The notes under the pieces were generated by a model that was not told the origin of the DNA, did not search any database, and was given only the letters and a program-made list of their open reading frames with translations. A DNA stretch of 64,000 bases from Candidatus Gottesmanbacteria bacterium (lineage in GTDB: Bacteria; Patescibacteriota; Microgenomatia; UBA10105; UBA927): NCBI GenBank assembly GCA_963714095.1, contig OY970230.1, positions 532,084 to 596,083 on the forward strand. The letters run 5' to 3'. Positions 48,609 through 59,198 of this stretch are shown in pieces. How positions within the stretch are numbered: the first letter of the stretch is position 1; each line of letters opens with the position of its first letter. Made by a program: the position numbers and the translations under genes.

Positions 48609-51029
48609 TTATCCTTCAGTGGACGGATGAGCCGGGGCAGGCGTACCTATCGGTGGAGCTGTTGGAGAAACTGGTTGCGGCGGGGGGGCTTTTTGGAATG
48701 TATATGCTTCTTTTGTTTCATCGAAACCAACGATAATCGTATCACCGGAAATAAATTGTTTCTGTATGAGCATCGTTGCAATAGGATTTTCTATTGCAGA
48801 CTGGATAAGTCTCCGCAAAGGTCTAGCGCCGTACATCGGGTCGAATCCTTCTTTCGCCAGCTGTTCTAACGCTTTTGGCTCAGTCGTGAGTGTCACCTGC
48901 TGTTCGATAAGAAGTTTTGCAGTTTTTTGTAACTGTAGGCGTGCAATTTCCAGCATATGTTTTTGTCTCAGGGGATCAAAAATAATAATATCGTCAAATC
49001 TGTTTAGAAGCTCCGGTTTAAAAAATTTATGCAGTTCATTTTCAACCAGAGTCTTCACATGCTTAAATTCCTCAGATAACGTGTTTTCTTTCTTTTGCAG
49101 TTCCTGCTGAATAAGACTGCTTCCTATATTTGAGGTTGCTATAATAATGGTGTTTTTGAAAGAAATAGTATTACCTTTATTATCCGTAAGCCTTCCGTCT
49201 TCCAAAATCTGCAGCAAAATATTAAAAACGTCTGCATGTGCTTTCTCTATCTCATCGAAAAGCACAACGGAATATGGCTTTGTCCGAACTGCCTCTGTGA
49301 GCTGACCACCCTCTTCATATCCTACATAACCCGGTGGTGCACCGATGAGTTTCGCGACTTCATGCTTTTCCATATATTCGCTCATATCAAGCCGTATCAT
49401 TGCCTCTTCTTTTCCGAAAAGAATTTCTGCAAGCGTTTTAGCCAATTCTGTTTTTCCGACTCCGGTCGGTCCGAGGAAAATAAATGATGCGATAGGGCGG
49501 CTCACATTTGTAAGTCCTATTCTCCCTCTTCGCACAGATTGGGCAATTGCCTGTACCGCGATTTCCTGATTAATGAGGCGCTTGTGGATAAAATCCTCCA
49601 AGTGCAATAGTTTCTCGCTTTCATCCTCATTCAGTTTTGTTATGGGAATATTTGTCCACTTACTGATAACGAGCTCTATATCCTGGCGATTTACTTCCGT
49701 TGACGTGCGTTTCTTGGATTCTGCAGCAAGCTTTACATCTGCTGCCGCTTCATCTAAGACGTCAACTGCTTTATCAGGCAGGTATCTGTCCCCGATATAC
49801 CGTTTGGACAACTTGACCGCTTCCACGATAGCTTCATCGCTGAAGGTTACTTTATGAAATGCTTCGTATTTTGGCTTGAGCACGTTAATCATTTTTATTG
49901 CGGCTTCTTCTGTGGGCTCTTCAACCAACACAGTCTGAAACCTGCGTTCAAACGCTTTGTCCTTTTCAATATATCTTCTGTATTCACTAATAGTTGAACT
50001 ACCAATAATCTGTAGTTGCCCCCTGGCGATATACGGCTTAATAATATTTGAAGCATCCAGCGAACCCTCTGTTTGCCCGGCACCGATAAGCGTGTGGATT
50101 TCGTCAATAAAGAGAATAATTTTTCCCGAAGAAACCTGAACTTCCTTTATGACGTTTCGGAGTCTTTCTTCAAACTCTCCCCGATGAGCTGCACCCGCAA
50201 CCAAAGCAGCAATCTCTATTTGCACAATGCGTTTGCCCAGAAGCTCTTGCGGGACTTTCCCTTCAACAATCCGGGAGGCCAACCCTTCGACAACTGCGGT
50301 TTTCCCGACGCCTGCATTGCCGATAATGACGGGATTATTTTTTATTCGTCGCAGGAGTATATGCATTGTCCGTTCGATCTCATTTTCCCGCTCTGCAACC
50401 GGGTCAAGCTTGCCTTCTTCGGCAAGCTTCGTGATGTCTGTCCCAAACTCCAACAGCACGGATTTATTACCGAAATTATACTTTGTGGAGTTTGCCAGCT
50501 TTTCCTGGACCTTTTCTTTTTGTATTCCCTGCGCGGCCAGCATTGAAGATGCGGCAATTGTGCTTGACATAAACGCCATAAGGATATCTTCCGGCATAAC
50601 AAAGTCCATTTTTCTGTCTTTCGCCAATACAAATGCCTGTTCCAAAAGTCTTTTCGTGTCTTCACCGAGGCTTGGCTGTCCTTCAAACATCCCTGGTCGC
50701 TCCTGCGATTGAATTTCTCTGACAATATCTCCGACTTTTAATGAAAATTGCTCAATGAGTTGGAAAATTTCCTGATCGTTTAAAAGACCTAAAAGCAGTT
50801 GCTCCGGCGCTATGGCAGGCTGTTTTATACGCATTGTTTCACTCTGCGCGGCATGCAGAACCTGCAGGGATCGCTGATCTAAGTGGGTTAATACCGTCAT
50901 ATCTTCTTTAGTCGTAGGGGAAACGACAGAATTAACCTGGGGTGTTGGAGGAGGCGGAGCAGGCGGAGGACCCGCTATATCCGCCTCTTGAGTAATCGGC
51001 TGTGTTTTTGAAAATAAAGAATCGAACAT
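48609..51029 (-). CDS. clpC: Clp/Hsp100 AAA+ chaperone, ClpC-like (Clp_N + two AAA+ modules) with Pro-rich N-terminal extension
   Basis: 806 aa; Walker A GNAGVGKTAVVEG and GPTGVGKTELAKT; Walker B ILFIDEIH, VVLFDEIEKAH; short middle domain. Confidence 0.88.
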   Translation of the reverse strand: MFDSLFSKTQPITQEADIAGPPPAPPPPTPQVNSVVSPTTKEDMTVLTHLDQRSLQVLHAAQSETMRIKQPAIAPEQLLLGLLNDQEIFQLIEQFSLKVGDIVREIQSQERPGMFEGQPSLGEDTKRLLEQAFVLAKDRKMDFVMPEDILMAFMSSTIAASSMLAAQGIQKEKVQEKLANSTKYNFGNKSVLLEFGTDITKLAEEGKLDPVAERENEIERTMHILLRRIKNNPVIIGNAGVGKTAVVEGLASRIVEGKVPQELLGKRIVQIEIAALVAGAAHRGEFEERLRNVIKEVQVSSGKIILFIDEIHTLIGAGQTEGSLDASNIIKPYIARGQLQIIGSSTISEYRRYIEKDKAFERRFQTVLVEEPTEEAAIKMINVLKPKYEAFHKVTFSDEAIVEAVKLSKRYIGDRYLPDKAVDVLDEAAADVKLAAESKKRTSTEVNRQDIELVISKWTNIPITKLNEDESEKLLHLEDFIHKRLINQEIAVQAIAQSVRRGRIGLTNVSRPIASFIFLGPTGVGKTELAKTLAEILFGKEEAMIRLDMSEYMEKHEVAKLIGAPPGYVGYEEGGQLTEAVRTKPYSVVLFDEIEKAHADVFNILLQILEDGRLTDNKGNTISFKNTIIIATSNIGSSLIQQELQKKENTLSEEFKHVKTLVENELHKFFKPELLNRFDDIIIFDPLRQKHMLEIARLQLQKTAKLLIEQQVTLTTEPKALEQLAKEGFDPMYGARPLRRLIQSAIENPIATMLIQKQFISGDTIIVGFDETKEAYTFQKAPPPQPVSPTAPPIGTPAPAHPSTEG

Positions 51030-51060
51030 ACTTTATTATGCACAGAGATGCACAGGGTCG

Positions 51061-53265
51061 TCAATTGCTTTGGTCTTTTTCATCCAATGCTGCTTCTTGG
51101 CTCAGCTGCTTGAGATTTCCTTTCTTTACTGTTCCTTTCTCAAGCAATGTTTCTTGGTTTTCCTCTTTCTTAGCCAATTCCTCCAGTGCTCCCCTCCCTG
51201 CGGCATATTTGGCTTTAAGATATGCAATAACTTCCGTCTGTGAAAAGCCTCCTATGAGAAGAAATGGGAGAATGTTCGATACCGAGGAGAGGCCTTCTCT
51301 GACTTTCAGTGGATCAGGGGAAGACAATAACGTCATTGCCAGGGAAACGGCTTCTCCATCATCTTCAATCCATGCCCGTCTGTTGGAATATTTCTCAGGA
51401 ACATCGATTTGCTGATAATTCTCCAGCCATAATGACTTAACCGCTTCGTAGTCATCAAAACTTACTGTTTGTATCTGGTTCACCGCGGGAAAATTAATAA
51501 CAGGAATCGTTTGAGCAGTGGTAGATGCGGCAGAAAGAATAGATTTTGCCAACACATCACCTTTTGTTGTTTCCTGATTGAGCTGTTCACGAAGGACCGT
51601 AAAATGCTGTGCTTCCTGCGGTGTTGCACTCGTTTTCGGATTGGCAATTTTCTCGAGTGATTCCTGAGTTTGCTGCAACTGGTGAGTACTCACCTCTGTC
51701 CGGCTTAAACGTGCTGTTTCAAAGTTTACGATATCACGCATAGTAGGTATTGGAAAATTGATTAATCGTGTCGTCGGTCTTGCTAAAATCTCAGGCTTAA
51801 ATTGAGTAGCCATAACCGGCCGCTGGGTCGTCTGTGAAGATTGTTGTTTATTCTCCGTTACATTTGTTGTATACGTCTGGTGCGTTTGGTTGGTTGTTTG
51901 CTGCTGACTAAAAGCGTTGCCTACCTGGGTATATGATGTGCGTTCAGCCGGCCGTTCCGATTCCTGCTGTCGGGGGGTAACGGTTGTCACTCGTTTAATA
52001 CTGCTTTCTTCTTGTCTTGCAATGTTTTGCCTTAAAACGTTGCGGGCCTCTCCGGCAGGAAACTGCCCGGTTGGCAGGGGGGGAGGCTGCTGGGGTTTTT
52101 TCAGAAAGGCAAAACCTCCGCTTTGAAGCGTGTTTATATATCTGCCCATTGGGGTATTTCCGGGCTCATATTTTGCAAGAAAATCCAGAAGAATTTGCAG
52201 AAGAATAAAAGGCATAAAAATTGCCACCCAGAGCATAAGAAGTGCTATTACATACTGTGCATATGTATCGGGATAATTAAGACTGTTTGTCAAACTTAAT
52301 TGTTGTCCTGGTCCTCCTACAAGAATGCTGATTGCTGTCGGATATAACGGTGCTGGTTGAGATGCGGGTGGAAAAAACTGGAAAGGAAGAATAAGAATAT
52401 TACTCTTCCAAATAATCACGACTGCTGATAAAAACAAGGCAAAAAGCGGAGCATATAAGAGCCACCGTAAAAATTCCCTTATCCATATTTTTCCGGTACT
52501 TTTTAGTGACTCATACAAAAAAACGATCGGGTAAAGCGGCGATGCGACAAGAAAAAACCACAGGATAATTTTTCTCACCGAAAGAATGGAGCCTATGACA
52601 TAAAAAGTAACAGAGCTCAGTTGGATAAGAAGAAGGGACACGAATGCGGATTCATCAAAACCAATACCCGTCCTTCTGAAACCAGTAAAATTTTGTGGGG
52701 TAAATGATATGTTAACGATATCTTTACCGGCAATAACACCGCTCCCTGTACCCGCTGTCTGGAAAAAAAACATCTGAAAGATGTCGGCTATTTGATACAA
52801 AAAGCGGGCGATGGCAAAAGAAAAGGTTACAAACAGTAACGCGAAAATAAACTTTCTTGTAAATATCAGAATGCTGACATTCTTTCCTCCGTTTATAATA
52901 ATCAAGAACGCCGTCACCAAAATTGCCAAAATAAACACTGCATAGACAATATTTCTTATCGCAACCCAGACGTTTATCAGGGAGCTATCCACGTAATCCC
53001 ATTTATAATTGACGAGCGTCCAATCCATAAAATTTTCAGCCCGGGAGGCTGTTTGTCCTAAGAAAGTCACCATTGGATCCTGAACCCAATCACCGGGAGA
53101 AGTGGGAGAAACGGTGGGAGTAGGAGTGGGTGTTGGTTGGGGCGGTGTTGGGGTTTGAGCAAAGACGGTCGGAATCAATTGAGGGGAAGGAAAAAAACGT
53201 AATCCCGAAAATACGGGCTGGAAAAAAAACAATACGAGAATACTAATGAAAAGAAAACGTTTCAT
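51061..53265 (-). CDS. large polytopic membrane protein: signal peptide + PT linker, 5-6 TM core, long Gln/Thr-rich C-terminal tail (VirB6/TrbL-like architecture, tentative)
   Basis: 734 aa; hydrophobic segments between aa ~90-370. Confidence 0.5.
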   Translation of the reverse strand: MKRFLFISILVLFFFQPVFSGLRFFPSPQLIPTVFAQTPTPPQPTPTPTPTVSPTSPGDWVQDPMVTFLGQTASRAENFMDWTLVNYKWDYVDSSLINVWVAIRNIVYAVFILAILVTAFLIIINGGKNVSILIFTRKFIFALLFVTFSFAIARFLYQIADIFQMFFFQTAGTGSGVIAGKDIVNISFTPQNFTGFRRTGIGFDESAFVSLLLIQLSSVTFYVIGSILSVRKIILWFFLVASPLYPIVFLYESLKSTGKIWIREFLRWLLYAPLFALFLSAVVIIWKSNILILPFQFFPPASQPAPLYPTAISILVGGPGQQLSLTNSLNYPDTYAQYVIALLMLWVAIFMPFILLQILLDFLAKYEPGNTPMGRYINTLQSGGFAFLKKPQQPPPLPTGQFPAGEARNVLRQNIARQEESSIKRVTTVTPRQQESERPAERTSYTQVGNAFSQQQTTNQTHQTYTTNVTENKQQSSQTTQRPVMATQFKPEILARPTTRLINFPIPTMRDIVNFETARLSRTEVSTHQLQQTQESLEKIANPKTSATPQEAQHFTVLREQLNQETTKGDVLAKSILSAASTTAQTIPVINFPAVNQIQTVSFDDYEAVKSLWLENYQQIDVPEKYSNRRAWIEDDGEAVSLAMTLLSSPDPLKVREGLSSVSNILPFLLIGGFSQTEVIAYLKAKYAAGRGALEELAKKEENQETLLEKGTVKKGNLKQLSQEAALDEKDQSN

Positions 53266-53269
53266 TCTG

Positions 53270-53566
53270 TTAACGACCGAACCCCGGAATTTGTAAAATA
53301 TTTACAGCAATCACCTGGATAAAAACAAAGGCAAAAACTGCTAATAAAACCCCGGCGATAGATGAATAGAGATATCCCTTCCCTTTCTCTAACTGCATGG
53401 GATTACCTTGAGAGGTGAGAATAAGGTACCCTGCATAAATAATGCCGATGAGAGCAACGCCACCAATCAATCCCAGCCCAATGCCGTAAAATTTTTCAAC
53501 AAATCCAACCGGGGTATTAGGGACACATCCAAAATCAGTAATTGTTTCATTTGCCAGGCAGCTCAT
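53270..53566 (-). CDS. small two-helix membrane protein (TrbC/VirB2-pilin-like topology, tentative)
   Basis: 98 aa; two hydrophobic helices (GIGLGLIGGVALIGIIYAGYLIL / IAGVLLAVFAFVFIQVIAV) separated by short polar loop; 4-nt gap to downstream large membrane gene. Confidence 0.45.
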   Translation of the reverse strand: MSCLANETITDFGCVPNTPVGFVEKFYGIGLGLIGGVALIGIIYAGYLILTSQGNPMQLEKGKGYLYSSIAGVLLAVFAFVFIQVIAVNILQIPGFGR

Positions 53567-53671
53567 ACTATACTTACCGTAGCATATTTGTGCCGAAGAT
53601 AAAAGGTAAAACCAGGTGTCTGATGTGCCTGGCGGAAAGGGAGAGGTTTGAACCCAATTTTTTTCTGGTAA

Positions 53672-55654
53672 TTATCGCTGCGATAATTGATATCTATGAG
53701 AAATAATTGTAAGAGTGATGCACATTGGTAAACAACAGAACAATACTATCAATGGTTCCGGCTCTGTAAACGGTAAACTGAACTTATTCCACAACACCTC
53801 TCCCATGAGTGGCAGTTTTTTAAGAAGGTCCGTCTTTTTAACCACATATATTTCTCTCAGTGTGACATTTGTGTTTACCAGTGCCATATAGGTATTTGCA
53901 TCAGATTGATCGATAGATAAATGTAACTGATACTGTTTATCTCTTGATTGTGTTTCTATTGGTAGGCCAATAGTGAAAAATTTAGACTCATAAATTTGGT
54001 ACAACGGATATGCAGTGATATTTATCCTACGGCCGGTCTTGTCGGTAATTGCAGCAATCAAGTGTGCGTTTAGGTTCGCTCCCGGCATATAACCCAGTCG
54101 TGTCATTTCCTCCTTTGCCAACGGTCTTATTGCAAATTTGAGCATGCCGAGGTTGTCGTATGTCGCAACAAACGGGATCGTAAGCGTTACCGGAGTTATC
54201 GGTACTAACCGGGGCAGATTGTTGTTGCTCATATTGACAACAAGAGTTGCAAATGATGTTGGGACGCTATACCCATACCATACAAGAAATATCACCAGGC
54301 AGGCGGCAAGGATAAATCTTATTGATGCTGCATGTGTAAATTTCTGTAATTGTTGTTTACTCTGAACTAATAACCCCTTAGGGTGAAGAAAGTACGGACG
54401 CTCCATAGTAACATGAAGTACATATCCAAATATACCGATTAACCCGACAACAAATAGATTACGGGTTATCATCTGATAGAGTGTCGCAGGCTCACCGTAT
54501 CGACCAACAATTTCGATTGCAATCGAATGCGTAAGATACAGTGAATAGCTTACTGTTCCAAGCCAGATGAAGAATGGAGTTCGTAGCACGCGCGCCCATA
54601 CTGTTTGATGACTAAGCGTGATCAAAAATCCGAGAGAAAGCGGGAATACAATGAGGAAATTTTTAACGATTGAACTTGTCGGAATAAATATTCCGGCAAA
54701 TATACTCAATAGTGCTACTCCAAGTGGTATGACTGAGGGCAAACGTATAAGCATGGCATGGAACCGCTTCACGACGGGAGATCCGGTCGCGCCTCCAATA
54801 ATCGCCCCGGCGATAAAATACAGGATGAGATGTATCTGAAGCATTGAAAAAAAATAGATATGTTGATAGAGCATATATAAGCCAAAACAAAGAGGAAACA
54901 AAAGAACAATACTGATAATTGTCGTCACGGTTGATTTTGTTTGTCGAATGAGCTGTATCCCGGGCAAAAGAATGATGGGATAAAGAAGATAAAACGACAC
55001 TTCAGCAATAACGCTCCAATATACTCCATCCAGCTGACCGACATAGGTACCAAACGGTATAGTCATGGTCATATTCACAAGCGCATTCATCGCTGTTCGA
55101 ACGGTTGCCGGCCAAACGATGAAATACACAGCGCTCGGCACACGCATCTGAAGCACGATGTATGAAATGACTGTCAAAATTTGGACTATCAAAAATCCTA
55201 AAAAAATAATTTTTCCGATACGTGCCCGGTGTGGAGATCGCTGTATACATCGCCAAAGGAAACCCCCTATAGCCATTGCGACGATGAGTACGGCGGACAG
55301 AGCAAGCGGCGAAAACTGATTCCATTGCCATTTGATAATGGCAAGCGCTATACACATGACAACGAACGCCGGAAATATCCGGGTATATCGTTTCTGCCAA
55401 AAATCAAAAGCGGACGGAACGGTCGGATAAATCGTCGCCATGAGGTACCCGCTCAACATGAAAAAAATGAGCACTCCTATGCTGCCACTATTAATAATCA
55501 TACTGACGATCGGGTGAAACCACCCGGGAGTAGACGTATAAAGGAGTCCAAGATGGAGATGATTGAGAATAACCATGAGTATTGCCAGACCACGAAGTCC
55601 GTCTAGCGCAGCTATACGGTGTTTAGGTAGGGACATATGACTCTTGTCCATCAT
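53672..55654 (-). CDS. acyltransferase-3 family (OatA-like) membrane O-acyltransferase with C-terminal extracytoplasmic domain
   Basis: N-terminal hallmark ALDGLRGLAILMVILNHL; ~11 TM; start at MMDKSH inside ORF 53672..55729. Confidence 0.8.
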   Translation of the reverse strand: MMDKSHMSLPKHRIAALDGLRGLAILMVILNHLHLGLLYTSTPGWFHPIVSMIINSGSIGVLIFFMLSGYLMATIYPTVPSAFDFWQKRYTRIFPAFVVMCIALAIIKWQWNQFSPLALSAVLIVAMAIGGFLWRCIQRSPHRARIGKIIFLGFLIVQILTVISYIVLQMRVPSAVYFIVWPATVRTAMNALVNMTMTIPFGTYVGQLDGVYWSVIAEVSFYLLYPIILLPGIQLIRQTKSTVTTIISIVLLFPLCFGLYMLYQHIYFFSMLQIHLILYFIAGAIIGGATGSPVVKRFHAMLIRLPSVIPLGVALLSIFAGIFIPTSSIVKNFLIVFPLSLGFLITLSHQTVWARVLRTPFFIWLGTVSYSLYLTHSIAIEIVGRYGEPATLYQMITRNLFVVGLIGIFGYVLHVTMERPYFLHPKGLLVQSKQQLQKFTHAASIRFILAACLVIFLVWYGYSVPTSFATLVVNMSNNNLPRLVPITPVTLTIPFVATYDNLGMLKFAIRPLAKEEMTRLGYMPGANLNAHLIAAITDKTGRRINITAYPLYQIYESKFFTIGLPIETQSRDKQYQLHLSIDQSDANTYMALVNTNVTLREIYVVKKTDLLKKLPLMGEVLWNKFSLPFTEPEPLIVLFCCLPMCITLTIISHRYQLSQR

Positions 55655-55872
55655 AGCGAAGAGGGCAGGATGACTTACGAACTTTTTACGCACGAGTCCC
55701 CGCCTTCCGGGAGTATTATATACCGTCATTAACCGAATAATGAAAATGGGTATCTGTTCGCCCTAGTAAATATGTTTAGTAACCGAGAAATAGAGTTTGG
55801 GTTTAGTTTGCAGAATATCAAAATTGTCTTTGAAACCTTCCTATAACAACCAGCTTACGCTTAATTAATAAA

Positions 55873-56061
55873 TCATTTTAAGTGAATATAAGCCCAAATT
55901 CCAATTGCCACTATTTCAATAAGACTGATCAAAAATACTAACATACCAAGCGAGTGTATTCTTGAATGTATCCCATTGTTCTTAATGGCATAAAACAACA
56001 CGAAATTATTAACGGCTATAATAATTACAACAAAAACAATAAGGCTAGTTCTGAGTTCCAT
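55873..56061 (-). CDS. small two-TM membrane protein
   Basis: 62 aa hydrophobic. Confidence 0.25.
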   Translation of the reverse strand: MELRTSLIVFVVIIIAVNNFVLFYAIKNNGIHSRIHSLGMLVFLISLIEIVAIGIWAYIHLK

Positions 56062-56297
56062 AAAATATCCTTACAAATACATTGTCCTCTCAATTCAAAA
56101 AGGAATCAATTTTGAGGCTAATTTGCTCGCTCAATGAGACGATTTTCGTACGGTTAATTGGATATCTAACCTAGGGAAACCCGATTCGATTCTCCGGGAA
56201 ACCACACAATTACTTCAAAATTAATAGACGGATTCTAAACTTAAAATATGGTTATAGAAAAGATCAGAACATGTTATTAAAATTTTATATTTATAAA

Positions 56298-58592
56298 CTA
56301 AGGTTTAAGTATCTCCTTATAAAGATAAATTGGACCGCACCCCCAGGCATGGGAATAACTTGAGAGTTCTTCTGCCGTACCCGGAGTATAGTATTCATAT
56401 ATTGTAGTTGCCCCGTCTTTAATCATTCCGCCCCAATAGTTTCTCATTGTCTCTAAAGCCGTATCCCGTCTCCCTACATTAAGCAACCATTCAACAACCC
56501 AGCTTTCAGAAAATGGGTCAGCTGTATAGAGTTTTTCCCCGAAGCTCTTGGCAACCTCCTCAGACTTTCCAGGAGGAAAAATTCCGATTGATCCAGCCAG
56601 CGCGTTGGTAACTAAGCTTTCACCCTTAGATTGTTCTTCTAAGGAAAAACTATCCACGAATAGACCTGTTTTACTGTCGTATCCGTATTTAAGCAGATTG
56701 GCCTCAATTTTATCAGCTTGTTGGGTAAAATTTTCCTCTGGTTGATCGGCTTCCTTTGCTATCAACGCCGCCGAACGTAAAGCTTGGTAGTACCAAATTT
56801 GAAAACCAGTAATAAACTGTTTACTCCTATCGATTGGGGACCAGTCAATAAAGACCTGCCACTTAGTATCCAACAGTTCTTGTGAACCAGCATTTTTCTC
56901 AGCCCAGTTCATAACTTTTTCAACCGTTGGCCACATTTCTTTTGCAAAGGAAGCATCTTTAGTTTTAGTAAGATAATCGTCCACCCAAACAACCCATTGA
57001 AACACATAATCATAAATGATTATTGGATCTCCCGATGGTGACATGGCAGGTAGCAATCCATCATTATTTTGGCCTTGCGCAAATTGCCTAATCATTTGAC
57101 TAACTAATCTAGAATTATCGCCATTGACCATTAAACAGCGTGAAACTTCTCTGGCATCACCAATATACATAGCTTTTTCTCTCACAACGCTATCCTCGAA
57201 ATGATCTTGGACATTATTTTTTAAAGTATTTATTGCCAACTCGTATATCTGCTGATCAATTTCTTGCCCAAACTCAGTTATTTTTGGTTCAACAAAGGGC
57301 ATCCCAACTATTTTAAATCCAAGTTCTAGTTCGTTCTCACACGCCGATTTATCTATCTGGATATATCGGCCGGACCGGCGAGAAAACTGTTCCCAATTTA
57401 TTTCTCCTTCAGTAAATACTATTTTGTCATCCTGGGACGTCTCCTCAATCTTCTTATCAACAGTAAGTTTGTCTCCCCATGAGACTGAAAGAGTGCAGTT
57501 TTTCTCTAGAGAACCTTTGGCGGTGAGATAGCCTACCATTGTCCTACCTAAGTCATATACCCCCGAACCCATATCGTTAACCGGTTCTTTTTTCTCAACG
57601 AGTAAGGGGGTTTGTCTCGGCTCGGGAATATACTCTTTAAAATCAATTTTTTCGGGAGTTTTCCAAGACATATTGTCATCTTTTGTTAAATCAATTTCTT
57701 CCGAATATGCAGCAACCGGAGATATTTTTACACCATTTTTCCACCCGTCATTACGAGCAGTTTGCCAGAGACGGCTATCGGCAAGATTGTGAGTTATTAT
57801 TCCATCCTTTATCTCCCCACCCACTAGCAGTCCAGGCGAGGGATAAGTAGCGTGCTGGTGGTATTTTTCGTTGGAATAATTACAAACTATTAAGATTTCG
57901 TTTCTTCCTTTCCTAATATTTCCCCCTATGTCGATTTGGTCGTAATAAATCCTTGGGGGAACTGCATAACTTGGACCATGATACAAACTCTCTCCATTCA
58001 CAATTAATTGATAATCTCCCAAACAGGAGACTAAAATCTTTGCAGTGGACGAGGAATATTTTTGATTCCACTCATACCTAAAGCTTGTATATGGATAGAT
58101 ATTATTATCATCTCCATAACGCCAAATCCACACCAGGGATTTTGACCAGGGATATTTTAAATCCCAGTGAGTGTTAATAATTAGTTTATCCCAGGAGTCT
58201 CCAATTATTTTTGTAACAGGAACTAGCCACAAGAGAGTCAAAACCAAACCAACTAACACGATTTTTCGTCTTTGAGGTAGCACAATCAGTGACGTCAGAA
58301 CGATAATAATTGGCAAACAAATAAATAAGTATGCCAGCCTCTCATCCCACCAATGAATTCTTATCCAGGCGGGAAATAATGGAGAAGTAACTAAGTTTCC
58401 AATGTGGGAGTAGATTTTGTAGATCAAGTTTAATCCAAAATTTAACCGTTGCTGGGGTAGGACGTGTTTGCGAACCAGAAGTATGGCGCTCTCCCCTAAT
58501 CGATGTTTTGGATAAAATACTGAGGCTGATTCGAATCCAAGAAACAAGATTAACAGAAAAATGGTGATCCATATCAACATTTTTCTTTTCAT
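56298..58592 (-). CDS. membrane-anchored (N-terminal ~5 TM) protein with large C-terminal six-hairpin glycosidase-like domain (GH78/GH63/GDE-like)
   Basis: 764 aa; C-terminal WGGMIKDGATTIYEYY...SHAWGCGPIYL resembles (alpha/alpha)6 glycosidase C-termini; AT-rich. Confidence 0.45.
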   Translation of the reverse strand: MKRKMLIWITIFLLILFLGFESASVFYPKHRLGESAILLVRKHVLPQQRLNFGLNLIYKIYSHIGNLVTSPLFPAWIRIHWWDERLAYLFICLPIIIVLTSLIVLPQRRKIVLVGLVLTLLWLVPVTKIIGDSWDKLIINTHWDLKYPWSKSLVWIWRYGDDNNIYPYTSFRYEWNQKYSSSTAKILVSCLGDYQLIVNGESLYHGPSYAVPPRIYYDQIDIGGNIRKGRNEILIVCNYSNEKYHQHATYPSPGLLVGGEIKDGIITHNLADSRLWQTARNDGWKNGVKISPVAAYSEEIDLTKDDNMSWKTPEKIDFKEYIPEPRQTPLLVEKKEPVNDMGSGVYDLGRTMVGYLTAKGSLEKNCTLSVSWGDKLTVDKKIEETSQDDKIVFTEGEINWEQFSRRSGRYIQIDKSACENELELGFKIVGMPFVEPKITEFGQEIDQQIYELAINTLKNNVQDHFEDSVVREKAMYIGDAREVSRCLMVNGDNSRLVSQMIRQFAQGQNNDGLLPAMSPSGDPIIIYDYVFQWVVWVDDYLTKTKDASFAKEMWPTVEKVMNWAEKNAGSQELLDTKWQVFIDWSPIDRSKQFITGFQIWYYQALRSAALIAKEADQPEENFTQQADKIEANLLKYGYDSKTGLFVDSFSLEEQSKGESLVTNALAGSIGIFPPGKSEEVAKSFGEKLYTADPFSESWVVEWLLNVGRRDTALETMRNYWGGMIKDGATTIYEYYTPGTAEELSSYSHAWGCGPIYLYKEILKP

Positions 58593-58670
58593 ATCTATTT
58601 AATTAAGGGTTAATTTGTATATATTATTGTTTGTCAATTGGATCCACCTGATGGACAGGTTCAGAACCTA

Positions 58671-59000
58671 TTACAATTCTGTCTTGTCAATTAGTAGGTA
58701 AATATCAAAGGCCACTTCTTCATAGGGGTGAACTTTCTTAATTGCTTTAATTATTTCTTTGGCTTTGTCTTTCGGGCAAACAAATTCGATCCTCTCCTCT
58801 TCAACTTCTTCGGGTTTCCCAACTTCACCAATAGCTGGTCTTGCTCCCTTCTGGAGATTAAATCTACCTACACCTTTACTGGAGAAACTACAATTTTTGT
58901 AATTACCGATTACTCCACCACCAGCATCACCAATAGCTTTTCTAACAATATCTGTGTGGGTCAGTGGAACAAAAACGACAATCTTTACTATTTCTCCCAT
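58671..59000 (-). CDS. PII-fold protein homologous to the Nif3/YqfO insert domain (COG3323-like)
   Basis: 109 aa; KIVVFVP..H...V..A...AG.G.IGNY..CSF...G.G.F.....A.P.IGEVG....VEE.R.E.V.P pattern. Confidence 0.45.
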   Translation of the reverse strand: MGEIVKIVVFVPLTHTDIVRKAIGDAGGGVIGNYKNCSFSSKGVGRFNLQKGARPAIGEVGKPEEVEEERIEFVCPKDKAKEIIKAIKKVHPYEEVAFDIYLLIDKTEL

Positions 59001-59039
59001 AACTGAAGTATATCAAAAAGTTCTAATTGTGCCTATCTA

Positions 59040-59102
59040 GCTCCGGGCGGTAGAGGATGTTTGCACTTATTTTAGGTTCAAATCCCGCTTCCTGTCAGGC
59101 TA
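59040..59102 (+). repeat. repeat family R1, copy C (full: head + tRNA-T-arm-like middle + tail)
   Basis: gCTCCGgGCGGTAGAGGATGTTtGcACTTATTTtAGGTTCAAATCCCGCTTCCTgTcAGGCTA. Confidence 0.65.
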
Positions 59103-59181
59103 GGTTATATTTCCTACATCGCAAAGTCAGAACTCGTTTTTGTAACGGTACAAACACATATTTTAATCGAAAATATATGGT

Positions 59182-59198
59182 TGTACGTGATGGCGGAG
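59182..59198 (-). other. duplicated fragment of a tRNA-Ser 3' end plus 12-nt downstream flank (TGTAyGTGATGG-CGGAG), matches 63973..63989
   Basis: tgtacgtgatggcggag vs tgtatgtgatggcggag at the partial tRNA at window end; sequence diverges immediately after. Confidence 0.5.

Noticed and set aside
51061-53566. Calling the small and large membrane gene pair a type IV secretion system
   Set aside because: No ATPase (VirB4/VirD4/VirB11), no relaxase, only topological resemblance; reported as a hypothesis only.
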